Part shown: positions 25,601 to 38,178 of the stretch, piece after piece
Position numbering within the stretch: position 1 is the first letter of the stretch
Layout of the letters: each line of letters opens with the position of its first letter
Origin: Chrysomallon squamiferum
Taxonomy: Eukaryota > Animalia > Mollusca
Assembly: GCA_012295275.1 (NCBI GenBank)
Contig: CM022667.1
Location: 5,952,001 to 6,016,000 of the forward strand
Direction: 5' to 3'
DNA length: 64,000 bases
Position numbers and translations under genes: made by a program
Notes under the pieces: model-generated
Database searches by the model: none
What the model saw: only the letters and a program-made list of their open reading frames with translations
What the model was told of the DNA's origin: nothing

Positions 25601-28600
25601 TACTTTATTATACATATATGTGTTTATGAATAATAATATTAACAACACACACACACACCCACACCCACACACACACACACACATATATATATTATAAGTA
25701 TTAATATAGGTAAAGACACTGATATGTAGTGACATAGATATTAACTGACAAACACAGTAAAAGCTAATTTTTTATTTAGCTTTCAGATATAACTAATAAA
25801 TAAATTTTCTGAAACTGACAAAACTGATAAGATCAAATATGTGGTTAAAACACATACATTCACAAATTTTGTATTAACTGATATACATTTCTTTGAAACT
25901 AATATATAGGACTCATATTAAAATTCTAAGACCTGGTTAAATCCTCTTCTAACAGATGATCGTGTTCTATGAATTAACATTATTAAACTATACTTACAGT
26001 AAACTGAGAGTGCAAACTGCTCAGATTTTTCCACTGATGTAGTCGGGTTGTTTGCTGTACATTTATATATTTCACCTGTCTGATGTCTACTGATATGTGG
26101 CAGAGTTAACTGAGAAGTTGCAGAAAGTATTTGATTGTTGAGTGACCAGGAATAGGAACATGTAGGATTACAGATAGAAGTACAGGTAACTGTCAGTGTG
26201 TCACCTTCTACAACTGTACCAGGTGATGATGGATTCAGTCTGACACTGTCTGGACCATCTGAATGTGAAACAAGGAAAAAAGATGATTATCATTTGACAG
26301 TTTATAACAGGGACATTCTATAATGATGCCAGATCAATACTGATTTTGGGCATGAATACACTAATTTTCTGACTAAAATTCATAGCTGTGATAGTTTAGA
26401 ATTGGTTTCTCTTTAATTGTACTATAATCATCATTATTTAATGTTTGTTTAAGCTCTACATTAATTATAATTACTGATTACAACTATTGCACTTAAGGTG
26501 ATATTATTTTAAAAATAATTAATAATAAAAATAAAAAAAGAGTAAGAAAAAAAGAAAACAAAAGGCATGAAAAGAATGAATAAAAAAATATAAAAATTAA
26601 AGAGTAAAATCCGGATTAAAACCAGATATTATATTTGCTCTTTTAACTAACAAGGCTTGCAAATGTTGGTAATATTTCCAGTAACTGGGTTTTTTTTTTT
26701 TTTTTAATCAGGCCTAATTTATATTTAAATATCTATCTGTAGAGAATAGTTGGGGAAAAAATAATAAAAAATAATGAAATGAAAAGAAGTATTTTATTAT
26801 TTGGTGATCAAAATCTTATCATTTGATATTACAATTTGTCCAACACAATTATAAATGATAAATGTTTCAAATGATTTAACCATTCTCTTTTTATTTCTCC
26901 CTCATCCATTTCTTCAAATTATAAATTTACTGTAAAATAAATATTATTATTAACAATTTGTATACACACTATTTCCACTTCTAGGAAGTGAGTGAGGTTT
27001 TTATTTTGAATTTCATGAAACATTTTAAACAAATCACATTCTTTCTGTTGATTAACTCATGTAGATAGTGAGACAATTATTCCAATCAGCCTACTGCTTT
27101 TCAGTGGCCTCCATTTTACTGTACAATTATTTAGGAGTCACCAAAGTGAAACTGTTGATAGGTGGATTGTGAATTACAATTATGAATAATGAAAGTATTT
27201 AATTCTGACATTATTATATAAAGATTTAGCAGAAACAGGTGTCTCTGTCAGTTTTCTCTCCATTTCTGTATTTGTTTTGTTGTGCATACCAATTTTTTCC
27301 TTTCTTACCATTTTCATTTTGTATTCATTTCTGATTAGCAAACCAGATATCAATACATATAAACTATTGCTTAAACCAAAGAAGACAAGAATATTTACTT
27401 TCAGAAAGACATGATATAAAATAAGATTTATCTTCATTTGTTGTTTTCTTTTTTTCTCTTTTTCAACTGATGCATTTTACAAAAAAGAACATCTAAATTA
27501 AAACAAATGTAGCTAGCATGATGCCATTTCATGTGAAACTGACCAGCTACCTTAACTAAACAGTCAGTGATACAAAATAATGTTTGTCTAATTTCATCTT
27601 TTTTGTTTAATTGAGGAATTAAATTAAAAAACCACAAAAAAAACACACACAAAAAAAAAGAAAAAAGAAAAAAGAAAGGTATATGAACCAACAATACAGA
27701 AAATGAAAAGAACTTAAATCTATTTTAATATAACTTTTTGCACATAGTTATTACAATAAAAGCAAAATAATAATAAATTAATACAATCAGAAAAATGAGA
27801 GAACAAAAACATAACAACACTCCTCCCACCACAAACAAACAAAAAATAAAACAAAGAAAAGAAAGCAAGTCTCAACTCACATATGTATGGAAATACTCCT
27901 TTAAAAGAATAAATAAATAAATAAATAAATAAATAAAATGAAACCATTCTGTTTCACTAAAAATAAAGCAATTCCCTATAATTGAAGATTTCAAATATTT
28001 CTAGAATGTAATGTTGACAATACAGAAGTCATATGGAAGATATAACACTACATAAATAATGACCAGTGGAAGGAAGGACTCACATAATTTAGTTTTGGTA
28101 CAAGTTGATGGATTTCCATTTCCTCCATCCTGACATCTCCATGTTCCCACATCTGTATCAGTGTTGAAAGACTGAATAGTTAGAGTTATCTGTGTTTGTG
28201 AGTCAGCAACAGCAGAGTAACCAGGTGATCCTCTACACCGAGTGTTGACTGTGTTACACTGTACAACTTGTCTGCCTCCTGGTGCTATGAAGATGATTCC
28301 AATGGTGACTGAACCAGTTATTTTACACACCAACTGTGTACTATGTCCTTGTTGTCCACCACCCATACAGTCAAGTGTTGTAGTAGCCTCACCTGTAATT
28401 ATTATTAAATATCAGTTATATATATCATTTTTAATATTACAGTTATCTTACATTCTGTGTACTTGTTGTACATACAGTCAAGTGTTGTAGTAGTCTCACC
28501 TGTAATTATTATTAAATATCAGGTATATCTATTAAATATCAGGTATAAACTAGTTAATATTTGTTGTTATTTATTATTTGAAATCAAAATAAGTAAATTT

Positions 28601-28805
28601 TGAAAGTACATTGTTTGATAATTCTACTTTCCCACCTGTTAAAGACACTAATCTAGTTTTCGTAGATTTTTAAATATATTTTATCTGCTGAAACATTTTA
28701 ACACTTGAAGTTGTAGATGTTTGTCTGTGTGTCAGAGATTTTACCTTTAACTAGACTCACGAGAGAAATGACGAGGATAACTCCACTGAAGACATTGAGA
28801 AACAT
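20004..28805 (-). CDS. Gene C: complete IgSF receptor SP-V2-Ig2-Ig3-Ig4-Ig5-FN3-TM(uncharged)-ITIM/ITAM tail (about 697 aa)
   Basis: Exons: SP 28745-28805 (MFLNVFSGVILVISLVSLVK+G), V2 28084-28392, Ig2 25998-26258, Ig3 25267-25524, Ig4 24170-24448, Ig5 22731-23036, FN3 21863-22162, TM 21316-21435, tail1 21002-21035, tail2 20653-20711, last 20004-20110 (TAG). All GT-AG, open frame (2094 nt). Tail ends ESSLYDDLQ...[26 protein letters not shown]. Confidence 0.9.
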
Positions 28806-29719
28806 TGTAACCTGAAAACAGACAGATAATAACTTGTAAGTATATACATTTAAACAAGAATTTTACACATATTCTATCGCAGATCAAGATTTACTGAGAT
28901 ATTTTTAGTTCACCCAGTATCGCACTCACAGAATACGTGTTAGAAAACTACTATCTCTTTACTAGGTTATCTTTCTTACCTTTACTCCTGTTACGATACT
29001 GAAAACAGACATGATATTAAAATACCTAAGTTTCATAAACTCATTAACTCCATAACAATTGTAAGTAAACAAGAACAAAATAAATAAACTAATAGTACTA
29101 TCTGAAATTTAAGAAAATTTATAATAGTTTATAATAGACCACAATTTATTCAAATATTTGTTAGTACACTCAGTATCATATTTGTTAGTACACTCAGTAT
29201 CATATTTGTAGAATACATATTAGAAAATTAATATCCCTTTAGTGGTTTATCGTTTTAACATTTACTCCTGTTCAGATATTTTAAAGAACATGAGATTAGC
29301 GATACCTAAACTTCATACACCCGTTAACTCCAAAGTATTATGATAAATTATACAAGATGCAGATATTCCTTTCAAGTTTTATGCTCTTTTTTCTCTTTCG
29401 TTCTTTTTTTAAGACACTATAGAGTCAGTAACTGTTTACTGTCAGTCACATTTGAACAAACACTTTCTAAATATAGAACAGTGTAACACTGACATACATA
29501 ACTTGTTATCTCTGAACGCGTTTCTGCCTGTCGTATTCAACAAGCAAACGCCCCAGAAAAAACAAATCAACAGAGAACTCTTAAAAATAAATGGTATAAA
29601 ATTGCAACTGTTTAAAGAAGGAAAAACAATAATAAATCTATTTCTTGATATTTCAACTGCTTAATGAAGTAAAAACGATAATAAATGTATTTGTTGATAT
29701 AACACATTAAAAAAGAAGA

Positions 29720-30400
29720 GACTCACAAACGTTTTTTGCCGGGTTCACAAAACATCCAGGAAGTAAATAAAACAACTAAGTCGCACCCGTTCAGATGTTA
29801 ATCTCGTTTCGGTTTTAGATTTTTTTCAACTCGATCTACTATTTCTGTTTTACTGTTGTTACTGTATACTTTTGTTCCATGATGCACAGCGCTGTAAATA
29901 ATTATTACTTCTAAATAGTTGTAACCACTGAGGTGATAAGAAAATATCTACGAGTTACAGCAGACTACTATAAACACACAAACATTAACACAACAGAACT
30001 CGTCCTGTGCAGACCACACTCGCGTTTTTCATATTTAAATTATTGCCACTTGACATGTACCAGACAATATTTGTATAGCAGTTTATTTTCAACATCCTAT
30101 GCGATCTGTAGAGGGAAGATTTTACCTTGACAGATATTTACATAGCCTACACAAGACATTTTATTACTTGTTTATTTATTAAAATGAGCAGTTACCGCCC
30201 TCGGTTTGGTTTTCGCAGCAAACTGAAAGTTTCGTATATGCGAGATTCTACAGAAAAACTCGTGGCCTATAAAAAAACACACTCGAATACAATTACGTCC
30301 TGATAGTTTGGTGTACGCATGATTTTCACTAACTAGTTTTCTTTGTTCTTGTGAGCCTGGTGTTTGGGTCAGATACAAACAACATTATCGTTGGAATCAG
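29720..30400 (-). promoter_or_regulatory. Putative promoter and non-coding first exon of gene C
   Basis: The SP exon has an acceptor 6 nt before the ATG (exon starts 28811), so an upstream UTR exon is required. Candidate GTGAGT donor at 29721-29726, ETS core ccaggaagt 29756-29764, IRF-like gtttcggtttt 29806-29816. CpG-richer block conserved with about 49330-49960. Confidence 0.5.
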
Positions 30401-31296
30401 CGCCCTAGTCGGCTGCCTAGTTTCCCAAAAACGTAATGTTTCCTAAATCAGATTTATTTCTTTACAACATAATTATAAGTCAAAGCTAAAGCAAACTGTT
30501 AAGTAATCAGTACAAGAACACACGGTACATAATTTATTACGTGCAGAACTAGTGCAGTAGGGTTACTTTGTAGTCTGTTTGTGATTTTGAAAAACATCAT
30601 GCCAACTTTCCTCTGCTACAATTTCCTAATTTATAGCCAGTGTGAATGTCAGGTTTACTACGTGATCTCATTTTACCCACACATTTTGTCCGTTTCTCTT
30701 ATAATTCCTCACAAGTTTTAACTGAACTTTTTAAATTATTATAATTTTAATAGGAATTCTTAAGTAAAAACAGAAATGAATTATGATATAAACTGAATAT
30801 TTAGACAAGTAATTAATGAGCATATTCTGTTCTGTTTATTAATTAGTATGCAAATTATGTGGGTTTTTACATTAGCATATCTATATATAATTCAAATAGT
30901 GATAAACAGTTGATATAGTATTATGCTTATAAAATACATATTAATATTCAGATCAAGGTAAGAAATTAAAAGTATTTGTGTTACAGATTACATATGAACT
31001 CATTCATTTCTCTCTTCTTTCATTCAAAATGACAGATCACAGATAAGATCATGAACTGAAATGTAAAAAGAAAAATTCATTTATTTATTTAGTTAGATTA
31101 TTTTCGTTTATTTTTCTCTTTTTACTACACTGTTATTTTGTTATTATTATTTCTATCACACACTGTTGTGTCAATTATTATAGAACTGTAATAGGGTTTG
31201 TGAATCTACATAGTAATAACAAAACAAAACGCAATACATAAATATTCTTTTTATTTGAAATTACCTAATAAAGTCGTTTTACTAATATATTTCTAT

Positions 31297-31300
<4 letters not shown>

Positions 31301-31352
<52 letters not shown>
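31301..31352. repeat. (TC)n microsatellite 3' of gene D; counterpart (GA)n at 48260-48340 3' of gene E
   Basis: Read directly. Confidence 0.95.
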
Positions 31353-31356
<4 letters not shown>

Positions 31357-31517
31357 AACCAGGCACAGAGACAGACACATGTACAATTCAGGTTATTTGT
31401 AAAGATATTACTTAATCCGAAAATATCCTGAAATGTCAGACATTAGTTCACTTTCATTCACATCATAGTTATTTAAATAAATAAAAATGAAATACAAGAC
31501 AAAAAAAAGATCTGAAT

Positions 31518-32988
31518 TCAACCTGTGACTTGTGAGTTTTCATAGACAGTGAGTACTGAGTATGGTGAGTCTTTTCTAGCTTCCAGTGATGAGTAATTGT
31601 TTGTAGTGTCTGTGTTTCTGTCAGTATCTGAAACATAATCTTGATTATACAGTTACACAGAATATAATTAAAGTAGTAGTATAAAAAAGTAAAGCAGTAA
31701 GTAACACAGTTTCTTCTCGCTGTACTTGAGATCACTAATAATATTTAAAATAATAACTTATCTGTTGTGTTGTGTTATTTTATTTTGTTTGTTTGTTGTT
31801 GCTTTTTTAATTCTCACAAATTACATTTCATGAGCAAATTAAAGACAATAAATGTTAATATAAAATTTAAACAATGTATACTTCTACTGATCATTTTCCT
31901 TCATTTTAAAAATATCAGCTAAATCATAAAAACAAATGAAGTGTAAACATTTATGTTTATTATTATTTTTAATTTATTTTTTGTTGTAGATTGATCCCTT
32001 TATTCTCTACCACAATTCCTGATCAAATCCTTTATATGTTAGTTATTTAATATTAGAACAATAAAATAAGACTTTGTACTTTAGGTATGTCTCAGTTATT
32101 CTGAAAACAAAGAAAGCAGACACACAGCATGTTTCTGATTTAACAGGCAGCTTCACAGAAACTCTTGAATCATTTACACTTTGTATTTATATACTGACCT
32201 TGATTTTGTTGAAGATCTTCATAGAGAGATGATTCCTGTACTCCAGTGTTAAACTGTCTGAAACAAACAAACCACTGAGAAGTGGAAAATTATTAATTTT
32301 GGTTTATTTAATCTATTTCACATCTGTGTGTGTGTACGTGCATGAATACCTACGTGTGTATAGTTTTTCATCCGTAATAATTTCTTTTCTTTTCCAAATA
32401 CCCTTTTGACTAATTAGCATAATATTTATTTTTCAGTTAAAACGAAAACGACTGACACATTGTTTTTCTATTTCTTCCTTAAATTTTCATAACTTACCTT
32501 GATGTGTACGTGTTCTCACTCTTAGACTTTTCTAAAACAAAAAATAAATATTCAGAATATTAGAAATGCGAAATAACCCTTATTAATATTTGTTTATAAA
32601 TGTTACTTCTTTGTTTTGACAAACAAAATTTATAATATTAAAAAAGTTGAGAGGACGAAGCAAAGCACAGTATTCATTATTTGTAAAATAATGTTTTCAG
32701 TTTCCTTGTAAAGTTTACCTTTTCTCTTCCAGCAGAAAAAGAAAACGATTGCCCCAATGAAAAGTTCTATTCCCAGTAATATTCCAATTCCAATACCAAT
32801 TCCTGTTCCTAGTAAACCGACTTTTTCTTGCGAACATTCTGAAGATTAAATAAATGAAAAAGAACGTGTAAATATCCTATAAAATACACAGCAAGTTGGT
32901 TTCAGATAATACATTTTTAATTTATCTGTCTATTAATCTGTGGTTGTGTGTGTGTGTATATATATATATATAGATGTTTATCTGTGTG

Positions 32989-33019
<31 letters not shown>

Positions 33020-35818
33020 CTGAATATATATATAGACAAATAGATAGATACCTATACAAAAATATATTAAACATATACAGTGTTAGCTGAGATTTAGTAT
33101 GATAAGAGGCAGGGCACTTTTTATATAAACAATTTCAAACACTCTAGTATAGTTGTTTATTCGTGTTCTACATTAATCACTTTGTAAATGAAGATTCATA
33201 GTTGCACGAATCAGTTCGAAAACATAAATTCACGTTGTTGCTTTCTTACCATAGATTATAAGATGCTGTTCATTCGTTGAGATTTTGAATCCAAATTCAT
33301 TAAAAGCTAAAACTCGAATCAGATATCTGGTGTTTGGTTGTAAACTAGAAATCTCTGCTGTGTGATTTGTGTGAAGACCTTTTTCACCAAACTGTTCAGT
33401 GAGATTTGTCCACTCAGATTTTGTGTCTGCTCGATACTGTACAAGAAATGTTTGTTGTGATCTTCCATTAAATTCTTCTGTCCAAGACACTGACACTGAA
33501 TGTGGACCAGTACTCCAAGTTCTCACATCAGAGGGAACAGTTGGAGGACCTTCAAGTTTAGAACGTAACAAAATAGTTAGAAACAGAAACTAGTGAACAA
33601 TCAGTTTTGTTTAAGCACTATCGATATTATGCAATATCTATCTATCTGCCTATTTTCAAATAAGGATATACATAATGATCAAAAAATCAGTATTTCAGAC
33701 ACAAACGTTGCTATATTTCAGCACATAATATAAATGAAAACATCTGAAACTGTAACAGTAAGTCTAAGTAGATAATAGGTGTGTGTGTGGGATAGATATT
33801 TTTCATTCCAACTCTATTTTTACCTATTTGACTGAGAGATAAATTAAAGACAATATCCTTCCTGGAACCTCCATTTGACACAACAACCTGATAGATTCCA
33901 AAATCTTCTTGTTTGACATTTGTCAGTTTATATTCACCTACAGCAGACACATTTGTAGTGTTTACAGGTTGTGTAGATCCAAGACTTTTATTCTTTACAT
34001 CTGTGAGTTTATACCAGGTAAATGTTGGAACTGGATTGGCAATCACAGAAATGTGGAGAGTTACATTTCCACCTTCTACAGCAGCAAATTTGTCCTGTAA
34101 TGAAACTCCATGATCCAGTCTTGGTGAACCTGAAAAAGTGAAACTAGTGATTACTGTTATCAATAAGGACCGTATTGAGACAAATATTTGCTTATACAAA
34201 TTTAACTCTATTATAGCAGTAATTTATCATATAAAATAGCAAGACATAACAATGACATTTTTTTTTGATGTACTTATTGATATTTTACTCTTTTTTTTAA
34301 ATAACAATAAAGATGATTTCAAAATAACAAAGTATTTTCATTTTAATATTTTATTAATTAAAATGGAGCTGATTTAAATTACAAAAATATTATGTGGAGT
34401 GTACTTTCTTATTATTTCATTATGAATAATAATAATAAAAAAAGATTACTAAAAAAAAAATTCAAAAAAAATAAAATAAACGAATAACACCCATTCATTT
34501 TTTACTTCTTTTCAATGTAGCATTTCAGATCAGATTTCAACTTAATGTGACATAGAATGACCCATATTTTCGTTGATATCTTTCAATATTATTAAACTAG
34601 TACAAATTATATTACAACATTACATACATGAAACATGAAGCTGCACACTTTGACTGACATCAGACTTGATGTTGTTTCCTGCTTCACAAGTATAAAATCC
34701 TGTATCCAGACATCCAGCTTCATTCCAGCTGTACTCCACTGACTTGGAGTTTTTCACTTCACGTAGAATGTGTGAGTTGTTTAACAGTTTGATGTGAGAT
34801 GCTGGATTACTGTCAACTTCACATCTCAGAGACATAGGAGTCAGTTCATCAACTGTTATCTTTGTAGACTTTGAGTTTAAAGTGAAAGAAGTTATTGAAG
34901 TCTGATCTATAATATAAGTTAAATTCATAGAAAAATATATTGTAGACAGGTTATTATTACTATTTAAATTAATAATGAATAGGTAAAAACTTATGACTAA
35001 CTAATAATAATATGTTAAGTTTAAAACCATATCATCCACACAGAGACACATTTATGGGGATTGATAGAAAATCTAACTTCTAATGTAATATTTGGAATTA
35101 TAAATTCAATGAATTTTAACTAAATATATAACTTTCACAGATTTTAACTGAAAGACACATTGTGAGTTTAGGAAAAGAGAAACCTTTTCATACATTTTTT
35201 ATATTTATAAGTTGTTCTTGTTTTTTTCTTTTTGTTTGTTTGTTTGTTTCTGTTTCTTCTTAATAAACAAACAAAAAAAATCAACTAAATAAAATAATTA
35301 TTCTGTCTTGTGTTCCAGCCACCATAGCAAAATTACTTGAAAATATTTTTCATACGAAATAAACACAAAAGACTGCATTGAAAAATGAATAGAACTTAAC
35401 TATATCACACACACACACAGGCACAAACACGTCCACAATATTAATGTTATTTTTCTTTTACACTGGCATGATTATAACAGTGTGGTTAGACTTTTCTCAT
35501 CCTAATAAAAGCAGTATTAATGAATGAAATTAAAGTTATTAATTAATAAAATAAACTCACACAGGACATCCAGTGTAAGTGTTGTGTAATTTGATTTGTT
35601 TGTGTTTTTGTTGACAGCTGTACACGTGTAGACACCAGCCTGTGACTTGTCTACATCATTTAAAGTCAACACAGCACTTGTAGACTTTGTGTGAGTTTTA
35701 AACTTCCACGTGAAAGAACAAGATGTACGACAATCTGCTTCACACAACACAGCCACATCATCACCTTCCTGTACTGTCAGTGCAGAACTCACGTTTACTT
35801 TTACTCTGTCTGGTCCAT
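31518..35818 (-). CDS. Gene D (3' part; 5' part lost at the gap, probably gene F): Ig3-Ig4-Ig5-FN3-TM(Glu)-ITIM/ITAM tail
   Basis: Exons: Ig3 35561-35818, Ig4 34628-34906, Ig5 33824-34129, FN3 33250-33549, TM 32719-32838 ([32 protein letters not shown]), tail1 32498-32531, tail2 32199-32257 (SLYEDL), last 31518-31627 (TGA). All open and in phase. Confidence 0.88.
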
Positions 35819-36219
35819 CTAAAGTAGAAATTAATGTGATCTATGTATATATATATATACAAACACACACACATACATACATACATACATAATACATGAA
35901 TACTTCAAAATTAAAAATTCTTCTTATGTTTTCCTTCTTATTTCTGACACAGCAAGTTTGTGAAATTGACAAAGCTACTAAGTTCAAATACTTGTTTTAC
36001 ATATATAAATACATAAATATGTCCATATGTAAATAGTCAATACACAGTCAATATGTAAATAGACTTCCTTAATTTATAAACATCATACACATGCATATGA
36101 ATGTCAGTTTGCATCAGTTCTAAAAATGATTCCATTTCTGTGTGTAATTCATTTGTAACTAAGGACCAAAAGGCAATGCAAAGTGAGTAATTTTAAAGCA
36201 AAGGAAAAAAGAACAGGAG

Positions 36220-36419
36220 NNNNNNNNNNNNNNNNNNNNNNNNNNNNNNNNNNNNNNNNNNNNNNNNNNNNNNNNNNNNNNNNNNNNNNNNNNNNNNNNN
36301 NNNNNNNNNNNNNNNNNNNNNNNNNNNNNNNNNNNNNNNNNNNNNNNNNNNNNNNNNNNNNNNNNNNNNNNNNNNNNNNNNNNNNNNNNNNNNNNNNNNN
36401 NNNNNNNNNNNNNNNNNNN
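36220..36419. other. Assembly gap (200 N)
   Basis: Fixed-length N run; gene orientation flips across it. Confidence 0.99.
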
Positions 36420-36820
36420 TACACAGTTGGTGTGTAAAATAACTGGTTCAGTCAGAAAAGGAATAAGCTTCATAGCACCAGGAGGAACACAAGTTGTACA
36501 GTGTAACAGACAAAACACTCGGTGTGTAGGACAACCTGGTTACTCTGCTGTTGTTGACTCACAAACACAGATAACTCTAACTATTCAGTCTTTCACTGAT
36601 ACAGATGTTGGAACATGGAAATGTCAGGATGGAGGAGACGGAATTCCATCAACTTGTGACAAAACTAAAATATGTGAGTTGTTCCGTCCACCGGTCATTA
36701 TTTATGTAGTATTATATCTTCTGTATGACTTTTGTATTGTCAACATTACATTCTAGAAATACTTGAAATCTTCAATTAAAGGGAATTGTTGTATTTTCAG
36801 TGAAACAGAATAGTTTCATT

Positions 36821-36851
<31 letters not shown>

Positions 36852-38147
36852 TTCTTTTAATTTAGTGTTTTCATACATGTGAGTTGAGACTTGCTTTCAT
36901 TTCTTTCTTTTATTTTTTGTTTGTTTGTGGTGGGAGGAGTGTTGTTATGATTTTGTTCTCTCATTTTTCTAATTGTATTAATTTATTTTTATTAGTTTGC
37001 TTTTATTGTAATAACTATCTGCAAAAAGTTATATTAAAATAGATTTAAGTTCTTTTTCATTTTCTGTATTGTAGGTTCATATAGCTTTCTTTTTTTTTTT
37101 CTTTGTATTTTTTTTAATGTAATTCGTCAATTAATCCAAAAAGATGAAATTAGATAAATATTATTTTGTATCACTGTTCAGTTATGGTAGCTGGTCTATT
37201 TCACATGAAATGGTATGTTGCTAGCTACATTTGTTTTAATTTAGATTTCTTTTTTGTAAAATGCATCAGCTGAAAAACAGAAAAAATGAAAACAACAAAA
37301 CAAGATAAACATTATTTTATATCATGACTTTCTGAAAGTAAATATTCTTGTCTTCTTTGGTTTAAGCAAGAGTTTATATGTAGTGATATATGATTTGCTA
37401 ATCAGAAATGAATACAAAATGAAAATGGTAAGGAAGGAAAAACTGGTATGTACAAAAAAAAACAAAACTAATACAATTGAGATAAAACTGACAGAGACAC
37501 CTGTTTCTGCTAAATCTATATATAATAATGTCAGAATTAAATACTTTCATTGTTCATAATTGTAATACACAATCCACTTATCAACAGTTTCACTTTGGTG
37601 ATTCCTAAATAATTGTAATAGTAAAATGGACGCCACTGAAAAGCAGTAGGCTGATTGGAATAACTGTCTCACTATCTACATGAGTTAATCCACAGAAAGA
37701 TTGTGATTTGTTTAAAATGTTTCATGAAATTCAAAAATAAAACCTCACTCACTTCCTAGAAGTGGAAACTGTTAATAAAATTGGCTGAATAATATTTATT
37801 TTACAGTAAATTTATAATTTGAAGAAATGGATGAGAAGAAGAGAGGGAGAAATAAAAAGAGAATGGTTAAATCATTTGAAACATTTATCATTTGTAATTG
37901 TGTTGGACAAATAGTAATACCAGATGATAAGATTTTGATCACCAAATAATAAAATCCTTCTTTTCATTTCATTATTTTTTATTATTTTTTTGTTTCAACT
38001 ATTCTCTACAGATAGATATGTAAATATGTTTTAGGCCAGATTAAAAAAAAACCCAGCTTACTGGAAATATTACCAACATTTGCAAGCCTTGTTAGTTAAA
38101 AGAGCAAATATAATATCTGGTTATAATCCGGATTTCACTCTTTAATT

Positions 38148-38178
<31 letters not shown>

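Noticed and set aside
36149-36518. ORFs spanning the N runs (also 56426-57127)
   Set aside because: Artefacts of translating through assembly gaps.
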